Of a stretch of DNA of 64,000 bases, positions 13,321 to 25,907 are shown piece after piece (within the stretch, counting starts at the first letter, position 1; every line of letters starts with the position of its first letter). Origin of the DNA: Octopus sinensis (Eukaryota); the NCBI RefSeq assembly GCF_006345805.1, contig NC_043009.1, positions 37,696,001 to 37,760,000 of the forward strand. Direction: 5' to 3'. The notes under the pieces are model-generated. The model was not told the origin of the DNA. It saw only the letters and a list, made by a program, of their open reading frames with translations, and made no database searches. A program made the translations under genes and the position numbers.

Positions 13321-13629
13321 GTCTTGACAGTAATGGAAAAGACGAGGGTGAATAGTTACATAATTTTTCTAGATCTATTTCTGGACTGTGGAGTCTGTGT
13401 TTAGGAGGGTGTCAGCCAATAAATTGAAGAGATCAGCTTCAAACTGGACATAGTTTGGGTTTTACATCAGAGATTTCAGTAGCACTCATCAGTTTGAAAT
13501 TAAAAAGAAGAGTTATTCAGTATGCAGATTTCACTACAGCCTCCACTTTCTAAGCAAGATATCACTTAGTTCAGAAAATGATGAATTGAAAGTTAAAAGA
13601 GAAGCTCATTTTGCAATATACATAATTTT

Positions 13630-14270
13630 TGATTCAGCCCCACTCTGTGGACCCTTGGGTAAGTGTCTTCACTAGTCAGGGTTGACCAAATCCTTGTGAG
13701 TGAATTTAGTTGTAGTTAAGACACCCATGCTGGTGACACGTAAAAAGCACCGTCCAAATGTAGCAGATGCCAGAGCCGCCTGACTGGCATCCGTGTCGGT
13801 GACACATAAAAGTACCAACCGATCATGGCCGTTTGCCAGCCTGCTCTAGCCCCTGTGCCAGTGGCACGTAAAAAACACTGACTACACTCACGGAGTGGTT
13901 GGCGTTAGGAAGGGCATCCAGCTGTAGAAACACTGCCAAATCAGACTAGAGCCTGGTGCAGCCTCCATGGCTTACCAGACCCCGGTTGAACCGTCCAACC
14001 CATGCTAGCATGGAAAACAGACGTTAAATGATGAAGCTATGTAGAAGTCTGATGTGTATATATGTGTATGTGTACTTGTCCCTACTCATCCCTTGACAGC
14101 TGGTGCTGGTTTGTTTATACCCCTGTAACTTAGCAGTTTTGCAGAGGAGACCAGTAGAATAAGAGCCAGACTTAAAAAATAAGTCGTGGGATTGGTTTGT
14201 TTGACTAAACCCTTCAAGGCAGTGTTCTAGTGCAACCATAGTCCAATGGTGGTAGCAAGTAATAGAGAAA
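13630..14270 (+). mobile_element. SINE family A interrupted by an RTE 3' end (about 13720-14035)
   Basis: SINE head and tail flank an insert ending ccatgctagcatggaaaacagacgttaaatgatga. Confidence 0.7.
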
Positions 14271-14578
14271 ATAAAATAAAAAAGAAAGACAAATTAGTGA
14301 ACTGAAGGAAAGTCAGTAATAAATAAAAAAGTTTTTTTCAAAAATTATTAAATGGAAGATCTATATCTCGGTTCTCATTGCCTGGATCTGGATGAATATA
14401 TTATTGCATTTAAGGAGAGCTGACCAGTTTCAAAAATAAACTCATCAACATGATGCAGCTATTGAATATTTGGGTTTGGCATTCAAATATATTCTCAGTG
14501 TCAGTGAATTTTTTAAAGAATTAGTCTAGTTTTTCAGTTATGCAGAAGCTACATTTTCTATCATTCATATAAAGTTAC

Positions 14579-14971
14579 TTCGTTTTGGGATTTGGTTTGC
14601 AAGATTCTTTATATGAGTTTGTGTGTTGAAGCATATTCTGTTGTGTCTGGGGAGAGTCATTTTCCTTTTGTGCCTTATAATGTAACACACTCACCGGTAA
14701 AATTTCCACTTTTTTCTTATTTTTATTGTCCTAAAATTTTTGTTGCGTCTTGCAACCTTTTCAATAGTTTTGACTCTTAAAACTATTGAAAAGGTTGCAA
14801 GAGAGTCAAAACTATTGAAAAGGTTGCAAGAGAGTCAAAACTATTGAAAAGGTTGCAAGACGCAATGAAAATTTTAGGACAATAAAAATAAGAAAAAAGT
14901 GGAAATTTTACCGGTGAGTGTGTTACATTATAAGGCACAAAAAGAAAATGACTCTCCCCAGACACAACAGA
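14579..14971. mobile_element. Inverted-duplicated element with a central 29-bp tandem repeat and 12-bp flanking duplication (PLE pLTR-like)
   Basis: Arms 14633-14778 and about 14831-14975 are reverse complements. The 29-bp unit starts at 14779, 14808 and 14837. atataaagttac occurs at 14567-14578 and 14972-14983. Confidence 0.7.
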
Positions 14972-15549
14972 ATATAAAGTTACGCTTTTCAACAATTCTC
15001 CAGCTAATTCAGAGTTTGTAGTTTTCTAATTTCAATGATGAGATGTTGAATGCTAGCTTACTTTCCATTTCTCACTGTTTTTGAAGGTGGAGGTGTAATT
15101 ATGAAATAATTTCTCCGTTGTCCTTTCTCTCATACCAACATTCCACTTTAGGATGATATCTTTATCTTTTATCTTTTATTTACTTCAGTTGTTGGACTGT
15201 AGCCATGCTGGAGCACCACTTTGAAAATATTTAAGTAAAAAAAAAAAAAATAACCCCTAATACTTATTTTAAAAAATCTGCTACCTGTTGTATCGGTAAC
15301 TTTTGCCAACCCACTAAGCTTTGGGAATGCAAACAAACCAACACCAGTTGTCAAGTGGTGTTGGTTGAGGGGGTCAAACACAAATACAAAGATACATACA
15401 CATTGATATATAAACATATAAATCAAAGTTCCAAATAGTTTCCGTCTACCAAATTTATTCACAAGGAATTGGGTGACCCAGGGATATAGTAGAAGACACT
15501 TTCTGGTAGGACTAAACTGAAAACCATGTCATTATTATCAATATCATAA

Positions 15550-15775
15550 TTCTTATTGCTTTATTGCCCACAAGAGGCTAAACATAGAGGGGACAAACAA
15601 AGGGATTAAGTCGATTACATTGATCCCAGTGCGTAACTGGTACTTAATTTATCGACCCCAAAAAGATGAAAGGCAAAGTCGACCTCGGCAGAATTTGAAC
15701 TCAGAACGTAACGGCTGACGAAATACCGCTATGCATTTCACCCAGTGTGCTAACATTTCTGCCAGCTTGCCGCCT
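15550..15775 (-). mobile_element. SINE family B copy
   Basis: Matches 7503-7735. Confidence 0.8.
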
Positions 15776-15782
15776 TTGTCCA

Positions 15783-16178
15783 AATCATCATTCTTCTTGT
15801 TGTTGTTGTCGCCGTTGTTGTCAACATTATCATCACCATCATCCTCATCATCACCACCATCATTGTAGTCATCAATGTCTCCATCCTAATGTAATGATAA
15901 TTCTACATACTTAGGGCGATTGTGGTGATAAGTGCAATGATAATGATGAAGTTGATGATTCAGGATGATTATTCTTATGGTGATGATGGTGATGATGGTG
16001 ATGATGATGATGATTGTGGTAACCTTCTTCGTCATTTGTCGGTTGGCGGAAATTGTCTTCCCCACATCTAGCCATGCACTCACCCAACTTTGCCCTAACC
16101 TGTCTTTCATTTGGTTTTGGATCTGTGTCAAAAAGGGTTTCCTGTCATGCATTTATTATTAGTGTTTTCTTCACCACC

Positions 16179-16235
<57 letters not shown>

Positions 16236-16520
16236 TCTATACCCAGCATCACCAGCACTAGTGTCACCAGCAGCAGGAGCAGCACCACCACCACCACCAC
16301 TACCAAAATCATCATCCTGATCATCATCATTGTCATCATTATTATTGATGACTTACTTATTGATTGCCAACATATGGCATGGCTACACAGAAACAAGAAC
16401 TGAACCACAACAACAACAACAACAACAACAACAATAATGACAACAGCAGCATCAACAGTAGCAATGACATTAATAATAGCAGTAGTAACCACCACAATAA
16501 CAGCTGCAGCAACAACAGCT
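15783..16520. repeat. Compound trinucleotide microsatellite field (CAT/CAC/CAA/GAT/CAG)
   Basis: Directly visible and explains the low-complexity ORFs here. Confidence 0.9.
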
Positions 16521-16747
16521 ATGGAGCATTGTGCCAAGAGCCTGTCTGCTTCTGTTTCCCAAATAATTTGTGTTGAGGATACAACGTGTAACCTCCCTGT
16601 CATGGTCTGCAGGTTTCAGGTGTGATGAAATGAAAGGAAGAATTGATCAATCTAGATAAGGAAGGAAGATATTAAAAATGAAATAAACTGAGTGAGGATA
16701 TAAACATTCACCACCCACACATATTTACATATAACTATAACAACATA

Positions 16748-17246
16748 TCATCATCATCGTTTAACATCCGTTTTCCGTGGTAGCATGGGTTGGACGGTTT
16801 GACCGGGGTCTGGGAAGCTAGGAGGATGCACCAGACTCCAGTTTGATCTGGCAGTGTTTCTACAGCTGGATGCCCTTCCTAACGCCAACCACTCCGTGAG
16901 TGTAGTGGGTGCTTTTTACATGCCACTGGCACAGGTACCAGGGGAGGCTGGCAGTGGCCACAATCGGTTGGTGCTCTTTAAGTGCCACCGGCACAGAAGC
17001 CAGTTGAGGTGGTGCTGGCATTGGCCATGTTCGGATGGTGCTTTTTACGTGCCACCGGCACAGGTATCACAACTACAATTTCCATTTGATATTTATTTTG
17101 ATGTTGATGTACTTGACTCAATAGGTCTTCTCAAGCACAGCAGGTCATTCTGCAATCGAAGGTACTTTGGATGGGCTGGGGCTATGCGAAGCAGCCATGA
17201 ACTCACGTTTATATATATATATGCACATACACATGTCTGAATATAA

Positions 17247-17291
<45 letters not shown>

Positions 17292-17615
17292 ATCATCATT
17301 TAGTGTGAGCTTTCCATGCTAGCATGGGTTAGATGGTTTGCCTGAAACTGGTAAGCTGGGGGCTGCACCAGGTTCCAGTCTGATTTGGCATGGTTTCTAT
17401 GGCTGGATGCTCTTCCTAATGCCAACCACTCCAAGAGTGTAATGGGTGCATTTTACATGCAACTGGTATGGAGGCCATTTACATGACACCGGCAATAGCC
17501 ACAACTACTATTTCAGGGGTGTCATTTACATGACACTAGCAATAACCACGGCTATGATTTCATTTGGCTTGATGAGTCATCTCAATCACAGCATATCACC
17601 AAAGGTTTTGGTCAC
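16748..17615 (-). mobile_element. Two RTE-LINE 3' end copies (16748-17195, 17291-17615)
   Basis: (CAT)n tail, tagcatgggtt, and ggatgcccttcctaacgccaaccactcc core. Confidence 0.8.
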
Positions 17616-17616
17616 T

Positions 17617-17667
<51 letters not shown>

Positions 17668-17991
17668 GTGCCTTAGTGGCTAGGGTGTTGCGTTCATGAT
17701 CGTAAGAATGTGGTTTTGATTCCTGGACTGCATGATGTTTTGTACTCTTGTACTTCATGTTGCTCCATTCCATTCAGCAGGCAAAAATGAGTATTCCTGA
17801 GATGGACTAACATCCCATCCAATGTGGTGGGTGGGGTAGATATATATTTCACTGAATCCAGGAAATTGGTCTCATAAGCCTATGGCTCAGGAAACATCTT
17901 TGATCCTTTTTTGATTACTTCCAGTGATCACACAGAATTTGTTGATCCAGATTTTCTACTACCAGAGGCCCTAGCTATCACCAACAGAATA

Positions 17992-18022
<31 letters not shown>

Positions 18023-18314
18023 ACAAATATGTATTTATTTAGATTTGTATATACATACATATGATAGGTTTCTTTTAGTTTCTATCAATCAAATCTCCTC
18101 ACATGTCTTTGGTTGCCCCAGGGTAATACACACACACACAAGTTATATTTATATGTTTATGTTTACATTTCTATATATTGTATCAATTTACCTATCTGTA
18201 TCTATCTGTATACATAAATACACACACATGAAAATCTTGCAATATTCATTGAGTTTGTGGCAGATAATATATATATATCTATATCTGTATATATATATAC
18301 ATATATATATATAT

Positions 18315-19143
18315 ATGATCTGATGGATGTGTAATGTCAGTGTGCATACTCGACAGAGTGTAAGTACTTTGAGAGAAAAGTTGGACCTAAGAAGCATCAG
18401 ATGTAGTGTGCAAGAGAGACAACTGTGCTGGTATGGTCATGTGGCGAGAATGGATGAGGATAGCTGAGTGAAAAAGTGCTATACCCTAGTGGTTGAGGGA
18501 ACCTGTGGAAGAGGTAGACCCAGGAAGACCTGGGATGAAGTGGTGAAACACAACCTTCAAACATTAGGCCTCACCGAGGCAATGACTAGTGACCGAGACT
18601 TTTGGAAATATGCTGTGCTTGAGAAGACCCCGCAAACCAAATGAGACCCTAACCCATGGCCTATAACCAGGGGTGTGACCAGCCCACTTATGCATATCTT
18701 CCCTTCATTGAACACTGCTTGTGAAGACCTGTTGAGGCAAGTGAAATCGAAATCAAATTCGATGACCGGCATCCGTGCTAGTGGAGCACTAAGAGCACCA
18801 TCCGAGCGTGATCATTGCCAGAGCAGCTAACTGGCGTCCGTGCCGGTGGCATGTGAAAAGCACCATTCGAGCGTGATCGTTACCAGCATTGCCTTACTGG
18901 CAGAAAAAAAAAACACCATTTGGGCGTGGCCGTTGCCAGTACCGCCTGACTGGCCCTCATGCTGGTGGCACGTAAAAGCACCCCCTACACTCTTGGAATG
19001 GTTGGCGTTAGGAAGGGCATCCAGCTGTAGAAACTCTGCCAGATCAAGATTGGAGCCTGGTGCAGCCATCTGGTTTGCCAGTCCCAGTCAAATCATCCAA
19101 CCCATGCTCGCATGGAAAGTGGACGTTAAACGATGATGATGAT
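18315..19143 (+). mobile_element. RTE-clade LINE 3' end (RT C-terminus, 3'UTR, (GAT)n tail)
   Basis: WMCNVSV...LREKLDLRSIRCSVQERQLCWYGHVARMDED...GRGRPRKTWDEVV...EAMTSDRDFWK continues into the ubiquitous (GAT)n-tailed repeat. Confidence 0.9.
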
Positions 19144-19164
19144 ACATATAATATGCATATACTC

Positions 19165-19372
19165 TCTTTTACTCTTTTACTTGTTTCAGTCATTTGACTG
19201 TGGCCATACTGGAGCACCACCTTTAGTCGAGCAAATCTACCCCCTGACTTATTCTTTGTAAGCCTAGTACTTATTCTATCAGTCTCTTTTGCTGAACTGC
19301 CAAGTTACTGGGACGTAAACACACCAGCATCGGTTGTCAAGCGATGTTGGGGGGACAAACACAGACACACAA

Positions 19373-19409
<37 letters not shown>

Positions 19410-19565
19410 CATATATATGATGGGCTTCTTTCAGTTTTCTACCAAATTCACTCACAAGGCTTTGGTCGGCCTGAGGTTATAGTAGAAGCCCAAGTAGCCA
19501 TGAAGTGGGACTGAACCTGGAACCATGTGGTTGATAAGCAAGCTGCTTACCACACAGCCACTCCC
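19165..19565 (-). mobile_element. SINE family A copy (well preserved)
   Basis: tgtttcagtcatttgactgtggccatactggagcacc tail through cttaccacacagccactcc head. Confidence 0.8.
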
Positions 19566-19569
19566 ATTA

Positions 19570-19864
19570 TGTATATACATATATATATATACATTATATA
19601 TATATATATATAAATATATATACATATATAATATATATACATTATATATATAATATATATATATACATTATATATACATAATATATATGATATATATACA
19701 TTATATATATATATATATAGACATTATATATATATGATATATATATACATTATATATATAATATATATACACATATATATATAATATATATTCATTATAT
19801 ATATATATAATATATATATTCATTATATATATATATAATATATACATTATATATATATATGCAT

Positions 19865-19924
<60 letters not shown>

Positions 19925-20364
19925 TATATATATGCATTATATCATCATCATTGTTTAGCGTCCGCTTTATATATAATGTATATATATATGTACATTATAT
20001 ATATATAATATATATACATTATATATATAATATATATACATTATATATATATATATATATATATAATATATGTACATTATATATATACACACATATATAT
20101 ATATAATATAGACATATATAATATATATATACATTATATCTATATATACATTATATATATATATATTACATATATATTTATAATATATATAACATATATG
20201 TTATATATATGCATATATATATGCATACATATAAATGTGTATATATATATATACATATATATACACACACACACATACATATATGTATGTACATACATAT
20301 ACATCATCATCATCATCATCATTATATATATAAGAATATGAACATACATGCATATGGGTATATA

Positions 20365-20400
<36 letters not shown>
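19570..20400. repeat. Large degenerate (TA)n / TATATACAT satellite
   Basis: Directly visible. Confidence 0.95.
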
Positions 20401-20404
<4 letters not shown>

Positions 20405-20887
20405 GTATGTATACTCTGATGCATATGTGAGAATGAAAGTGAGTGAGAGATAAAGGAAGATTGTATCAGTATGAAAGAGGCTGGTGATGATGTGGCTGAA
20501 GTTGTCTCGTACACAGCTCAGTGTGGATCGTGTGTAGCAAAGCTGCTACTCTATAAGGTAGTATTCTTATATTTACATAAGATTATCACTTAACTATACA
20601 CACACAGACACATGTACATGACATATATATATACATTCATATGAACCAACTAAATTGTTTCCCCATTTTCTTATTTGTATTATAAATTAATGGTAAAATA
20701 TTTCTTTACCTTCACCCATTTAATACAATAAGTAAGTTAAAAATACTTGTGTATTAATAATTTGGGTATTATACCAACAATATATTGGATAAATATTATT
20801 CCTTAGTGAGTTGGAACCACAACCCCTAACTTACTTGGTGTATATATATATATATATATACTTATTTGGATGCATATATATATATAC

Positions 20888-20930
<43 letters not shown>

Positions 20931-21503
20931 ATATATATATATTATATATATATAATATATTATATATATATATACTTTAATGGATGCATATATAATATAT
21001 ATATATAGTATATATACTATATATATACGTATGTATACTCTGATGCATATGTGAGAATGAAAGTGAGTGAGAGATAAAGGAAGATTGTATCAGTATGAAA
21101 GAGGCTGGTGATGATGTGGCTGAAGTTGTCTCGTACACAGCTCAGTGTGGATCGTGTGTAGCAAAGCTGCTACTCTATAAGGTAGTATTCTTATATTTAC
21201 ATAAGATTATCACTTAACTATACACACACAGACACATGTACATGACATATATATATACATTCATATGAACCAACTAAATTGTTTCCCCATTTTCTTATTT
21301 GTATTATAAATTAATGGTAAAATATTTCTTTACCTTCACCCATTTAATACAATAAGTAAGTTAAAAATACTTGTGTATTAATAATTTGGGTATTATACCA
21401 ACAATATATTGGATAAATATTATTCCTTAGTGAGTTGGAACCACAACCCCTAACTTACTTGGTGTATATATATATATATATACTTATTTGGATGCATATA
21501 TAT

Positions 21504-21588
<85 letters not shown>

Positions 21589-21615
21589 TTTAATGGATGC
21601 ATATATAATATATAT
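20401..21615. repeat. Tandem duplication, 624-bp period
   Basis: 20404-20840 appears identical to 21028-21464; only the (TA)n tracts differ. Confidence 0.9.
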
Positions 21616-21751
21616 ATATATGTATATATATATGATGATGATATATACACAAACACACATTATATAATATAAAATATATAACATACATTTCACATAAATC
21701 TGTAGAAATCACTTTCTGTCATATACCTGTGTGTGTGTATGTATGTGCATA

Positions 21752-21821
<70 letters not shown>

Positions 21822-22175
21822 TCTCTCACTCACCCTCTCTGTTTCTGTATGTAACTGTATCTAGTTTTTGTATTATTTTTAAATGTGTCTTCATTTCAGC
21901 TACTCTGTATCATTGCTGTTTATCCAATTTTCAAAAAAATACTTTTATTGTGCTTTCTGCTAACTCTTTTGTTGATAAGAAATACATTTACTATCATTGC
22001 AAAGTATTATTGTTTGACTCTGTGTGTTTCTGAATGTATATACATGTATGCACACATACAAGCACACGTACACATGCATGTGCACACACACACACAAACA
22101 TGCATATGTACACACACATGTGCATGTTTGTGTGCTTGTATGGGTGCATGTGTGTATATACATAATTGTGTATAA

Positions 22176-22405
22176 GGCGGCGAGCTGGCAGAAACGTTAG
22201 CATGCCGGGCGAAATGCTTAGCAGTATTTCGTCTGTCGCTACGTTCTGAGTTCAAATTCCGCCGAGTTCGACTTTGCCTTTCATCCTTTCGGGGTCGATA
22301 AATAAAGTACCAGTTACACACTGGGGTCGATATAATCTACTTAATCCCTTTTTCTGTCCTTGTTTGTCCCCTCTATGTTTAGCCCCTTGTGGGCAATAAA
22401 GAAAT
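22176..22405 (+). mobile_element. SINE family B copy
   Basis: ggcggcgagctggcagaaacgttagc...gagttcaaattccgccgag...gcctttcatcctttcggggtcgataaa...agccccttgtgggcaataaagaaata. Confidence 0.85.
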
Positions 22406-22504
22406 ATATATAATTGTGTATATATAATTAAGGATAACATTAAAAAAATGAATGATTTTACTAGTGGTCAGCATATAAAAAAAACCCCCATATTTCTAAA
22501 ATTA

Positions 22505-22563
<59 letters not shown>

Positions 22564-22571
22564 TATATACA

Positions 22572-23480
22572 TGAGGGGAGACTGACTTGGAAATGCCACT
22601 ATGAAAGGTTGCTAAATGAAAAGAATGAATGGGAGAGAGTCTGCTAAATGTCAACCCAACAGAAGTACCATCTATCCAAATTAACAGTACCTTGATAGAT
22701 AAAGCAATTAAGGGTATGAAGACAGGGATAGCCCCCGACCCATCAGGAATCACTGCAGAGATGCTTAAAATATCTGGTAGTGTCAGCTATAGTCTTGTCA
22801 CCTGTATAGTCAATCAGGTGATACATGAAGGAGTCATACCCAGTGACTAGTGTAGCAGTACCATAGTCAACTGCTACAAAGGTGAAGGCGACACATTAGA
22901 CACAAATAATTACAGAGGTATCAAATTGTTGGATCAGGTGATGAAAGTAATGGAGAGGGTCATAGCCCAACTAATTAAAGAGAGAGTTAGTTTAGATGAG
23001 ATGCAGTTTGAGTTTGTGTCAGGAAGAAGCACCACTGATGCCATATTTCTGGTAAGACAGCTGCATATTTCTGGTAAGACACATACCATATTTCTGGTAA
23101 GACAGACAAAGATAAACCTCTGTACTTGGCTTTCATTGACATGGAGAAAGCCTTTGACAGGGTTCCCCAATCCCTTACCTGGTGGTCAATACAGAAACTA
23201 TGGATAGATGAGTGGTTAGTGAGAGCTGTACAAGCCATGTACAGGGATGCTGTCAGTAAGGTGAGGGTTGGCAACGAGTATAGTGAAGAATTCCGGGTAG
23301 AGGTAGGGGTCCACCAAGGATCAGTCCTCAGTCCTCTTTTATTCATCATAGTCCTCCATGCGATAACAGAGGAATTCAAGACAGGATGCCCCTGGGAGCT
23401 CCTCTTTGCTGATGACTTTGCTGAGTCACTATCAGAACTAGAGGAGAAGTTTCAGGTGTGGAAGCAAGGTCTAGAATTGA
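22572..23480 (+). pseudogene. RTE-clade LINE reverse transcriptase fragment
   Basis: KGMKTGIAPDPSGITAEMLK, NYRGIKLLDQVMKVMERV, GRSTTDAIF, AFIDMEKAFDRVP, GVHQGSVLSPLLF, LLFADD; one stop codon and an internal triplication. Confidence 0.95.
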
Positions 23481-23685
23481 CGAAATAACATGAATCTTGG
23501 AAGGCAACAATGGAAGGCTGTGACTTACTTCCCTTTCCTATACCTAATCCATTTTACTAAGTTGTACTCCTCTCTCACTCTAAGTTTTGCTCCTATTCTT
23601 CTTATGCTCCCTTCAATAAGAAAAATATACTGTACCTATTGGTAGCTGATTCTTGTATGTATTGGCTCTCCTAACCATTTAGACC

Positions 23686-23806
23686 CTCTGATGAAGCCTA
23701 GAGGCACACTCAACATCCAAACTTTATCTACCCATCCCTACAAAACACGAAAGAGATGGTGATAGCACGGAGGATATCGTGGCCTCTTGGCAGAAACGGC
23801 TGTAAG
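23686..23806 (+). ncRNA. Type I hammerhead ribozyme motif (PLE-type)
   Basis: CUGAUGA at 23688-94; stem II gcctagaggc/gcctcttggc; GAAA at 23793-96; stem III AC-ggcu-GU with cleavage triplet GUA at 23802-04. Stem I is very short. Confidence 0.6.
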
Positions 23807-24667
23807 AAACTGATCTTTTATTCTTTTACATATTACTAGTACATATGTATGCAACACAGTTTTGCATGTGTATGTATTCTTATAATACTTCCTTATGTTT
23901 TAGAATAAATAGACATAATAGTATGTCTACCGGCTGATGTATGTCATTTTTGCAACCCCTCCATTTTCTTTTTTGCCGTATAAATTAAGGACAAACCACT
24001 TTTTACCCCTGCCCATGTATGACACTCGATTGCGAAATTGCCATGCAATAATCAACACTTGGGTATTAATAATTGGGTACACTACCAGCAATATATTGGA
24101 TAGGTACTATCCCTTAGTTGGTTGGCTTACCAACCTCTAACTCTCACGGAAATATTCACACATATACATGCACACATACACACACTCATATATACATACA
24201 CATATATATGCATATGTATGTATTTATATATGTATACATAATGTACGTTATATAATTTGTTGATAGTAAATTCAATGCTTTACTGGTTGAATGCAATCAA
24301 ACTATCATTTAAAGATACCATATAAGTTAAATTTTGGAGTCACTGTCAAGAAATTATGATGAATATTAACCTCTACATATGTGCCAAGTCTTTTAATTGG
24401 TTTATATTCTTTTTTTATTTATATATTTATAAGCTCATATCTTTAACTGTAAAGATGTGTGTGTTTGTGTGTGTGTGCGTAGATACACATACATACTCTT
24501 TTGCTTTTACTCATTTCAGTTATTGGACCTTAGCCAAGTTGGTGAAGCATCTTGAAAGATTTAGCAGATTGTACCAACCTCAAGTACTTCATCTATTACT
24601 TATTTTTATCTGCCTTTGAACTGAGAATTTAAAAGGACATATCCAAGTCCCTTTAACGCTTCCTGAA

Positions 24668-25255
24668 ATGTATGCAGAGTTACAGTGTCAAACACAAGAA
24701 GAGAGGCTGCAACGTGAGTTAAATATCACATTTTACAACCTAGACAAACAACGACAAGTCATGCTTCAGGGAATAACATGTGACCAACACAAATGGAGAA
24801 AAAAGTTGCTAAAATACCAACTACAAATAGAAATTAACAAATTTAACAATCTTTTCAGTGACAAATCGCAAGAAACAGTGCGACAGATGACATCCTTGTC
24901 TCAGAATCTTACTCAAAAGTCAGAGCAAGATATTCTTTTAAATCTGAAGAAAGTAGGTGACAGCTGTGATGCCAACCAGGGCAAACGGTTGCGTAGGGTT
25001 TTATTCAGCAAATATATGAACCAAGTATTTAATCGTTCCACTGGAGCGCGATCTGTTAACCAGACACGTCAGCTTCGTTCCAGTGATGGAACTACATCTT
25101 CCCAACAAGGAAATAATGCATTTTTGCGGGACGCTACCAGGTTATCTTCATTTGGATACAGACGGAATATTGACAAGTCAGAGATTTTCAGTGGGAAAAG
25201 TGTACAGCTACCAAAACTTGCTAACACTAATGGGAGGGAAAACAGATCTCACTGA
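24668..25255 (+). CDS. Uncharacterised 195-aa protein with an N-terminal coiled-coil-like segment (CCDC190-like by inference)
   Basis: Intact ATG-to-stop ORF (gaaATG) in non-repetitive sequence. QEERLQRELNITFYNLDKQRQVMLQGITCDQHKWRKKLLKYQ has a helical heptad pattern; the tail is basic and low-complexity. Confidence 0.7.
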   Translation: MYAELQCQTQEERLQRELNITFYNLDKQRQVMLQGITCDQHKWRKKLLKYQLQIEINKFNNLFSDKSQETVRQMTSLSQNLTQKSEQDILLNLKKVGDSCDANQGKRLRRVLFSKYMNQVFNRSTGARSVNQTRQLRSSDGTTSSQQGNNAFLRDATRLSSFGYRRNIDKSEIFSGKSVQLPKLANTNGRENRSH

Positions 25256-25625
25256 GAATGATGGAGGTTACAAGAAACAAAAAAAAAAAAAAGAATAATG
25301 ACAACAGTCACATCAATATCATCATCATAGTCGTCATCAGCAACAACAGTTATAACATTATCAACAACAACAACAACAAAAGCAGCATGGCATCATGGGT
25401 GCCTTCTACTTATCTGGGGCAAACTAATGCCTTGTGAGGCAATTTGGTAAACAGAAACTGCCCAGGACTGTTGTAGAAAATGAACTTTAAATGATGATGA
25501 TAGTGATGATGATGATACACACACGTGTGTATATATATGTATGCACATACATACATACATACAAACATACATACATACATACACACACACGCATACATAC
25601 ATACATACATACATACATACATACA

Positions 25626-25660
<35 letters not shown>

Positions 25661-25863
25661 GTATGTTTATACATGTATATGTATTGCTGATGCCATAAAA
25701 ATTTATAAACTTTCGAGTGAACATGGAATTGGATCTCGAAGTATATATAAAGCTATAAATAATAGCATGTAAATATTAGATTGCAAAACCTTTCTGGATA
25801 GAAAAAGTCAAAGGCTGACTTTGACATTTTCTATTATAGCGTTTATGAACTTCAAAACTCAAT

Positions 25864-25907
<44 letters not shown>

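Noticed and set aside
14779-14865. 29-bp repeats as a CRISPR or iteron array
   Set aside because: No spacers; they are stutter copies of the adjacent element end.
19701-22203. Many IYIY/HTHT/CVCV ORFs here and elsewhere
   Set aside because: They are translations of (TA)n, (CA)n and (TACA)n microsatellites.
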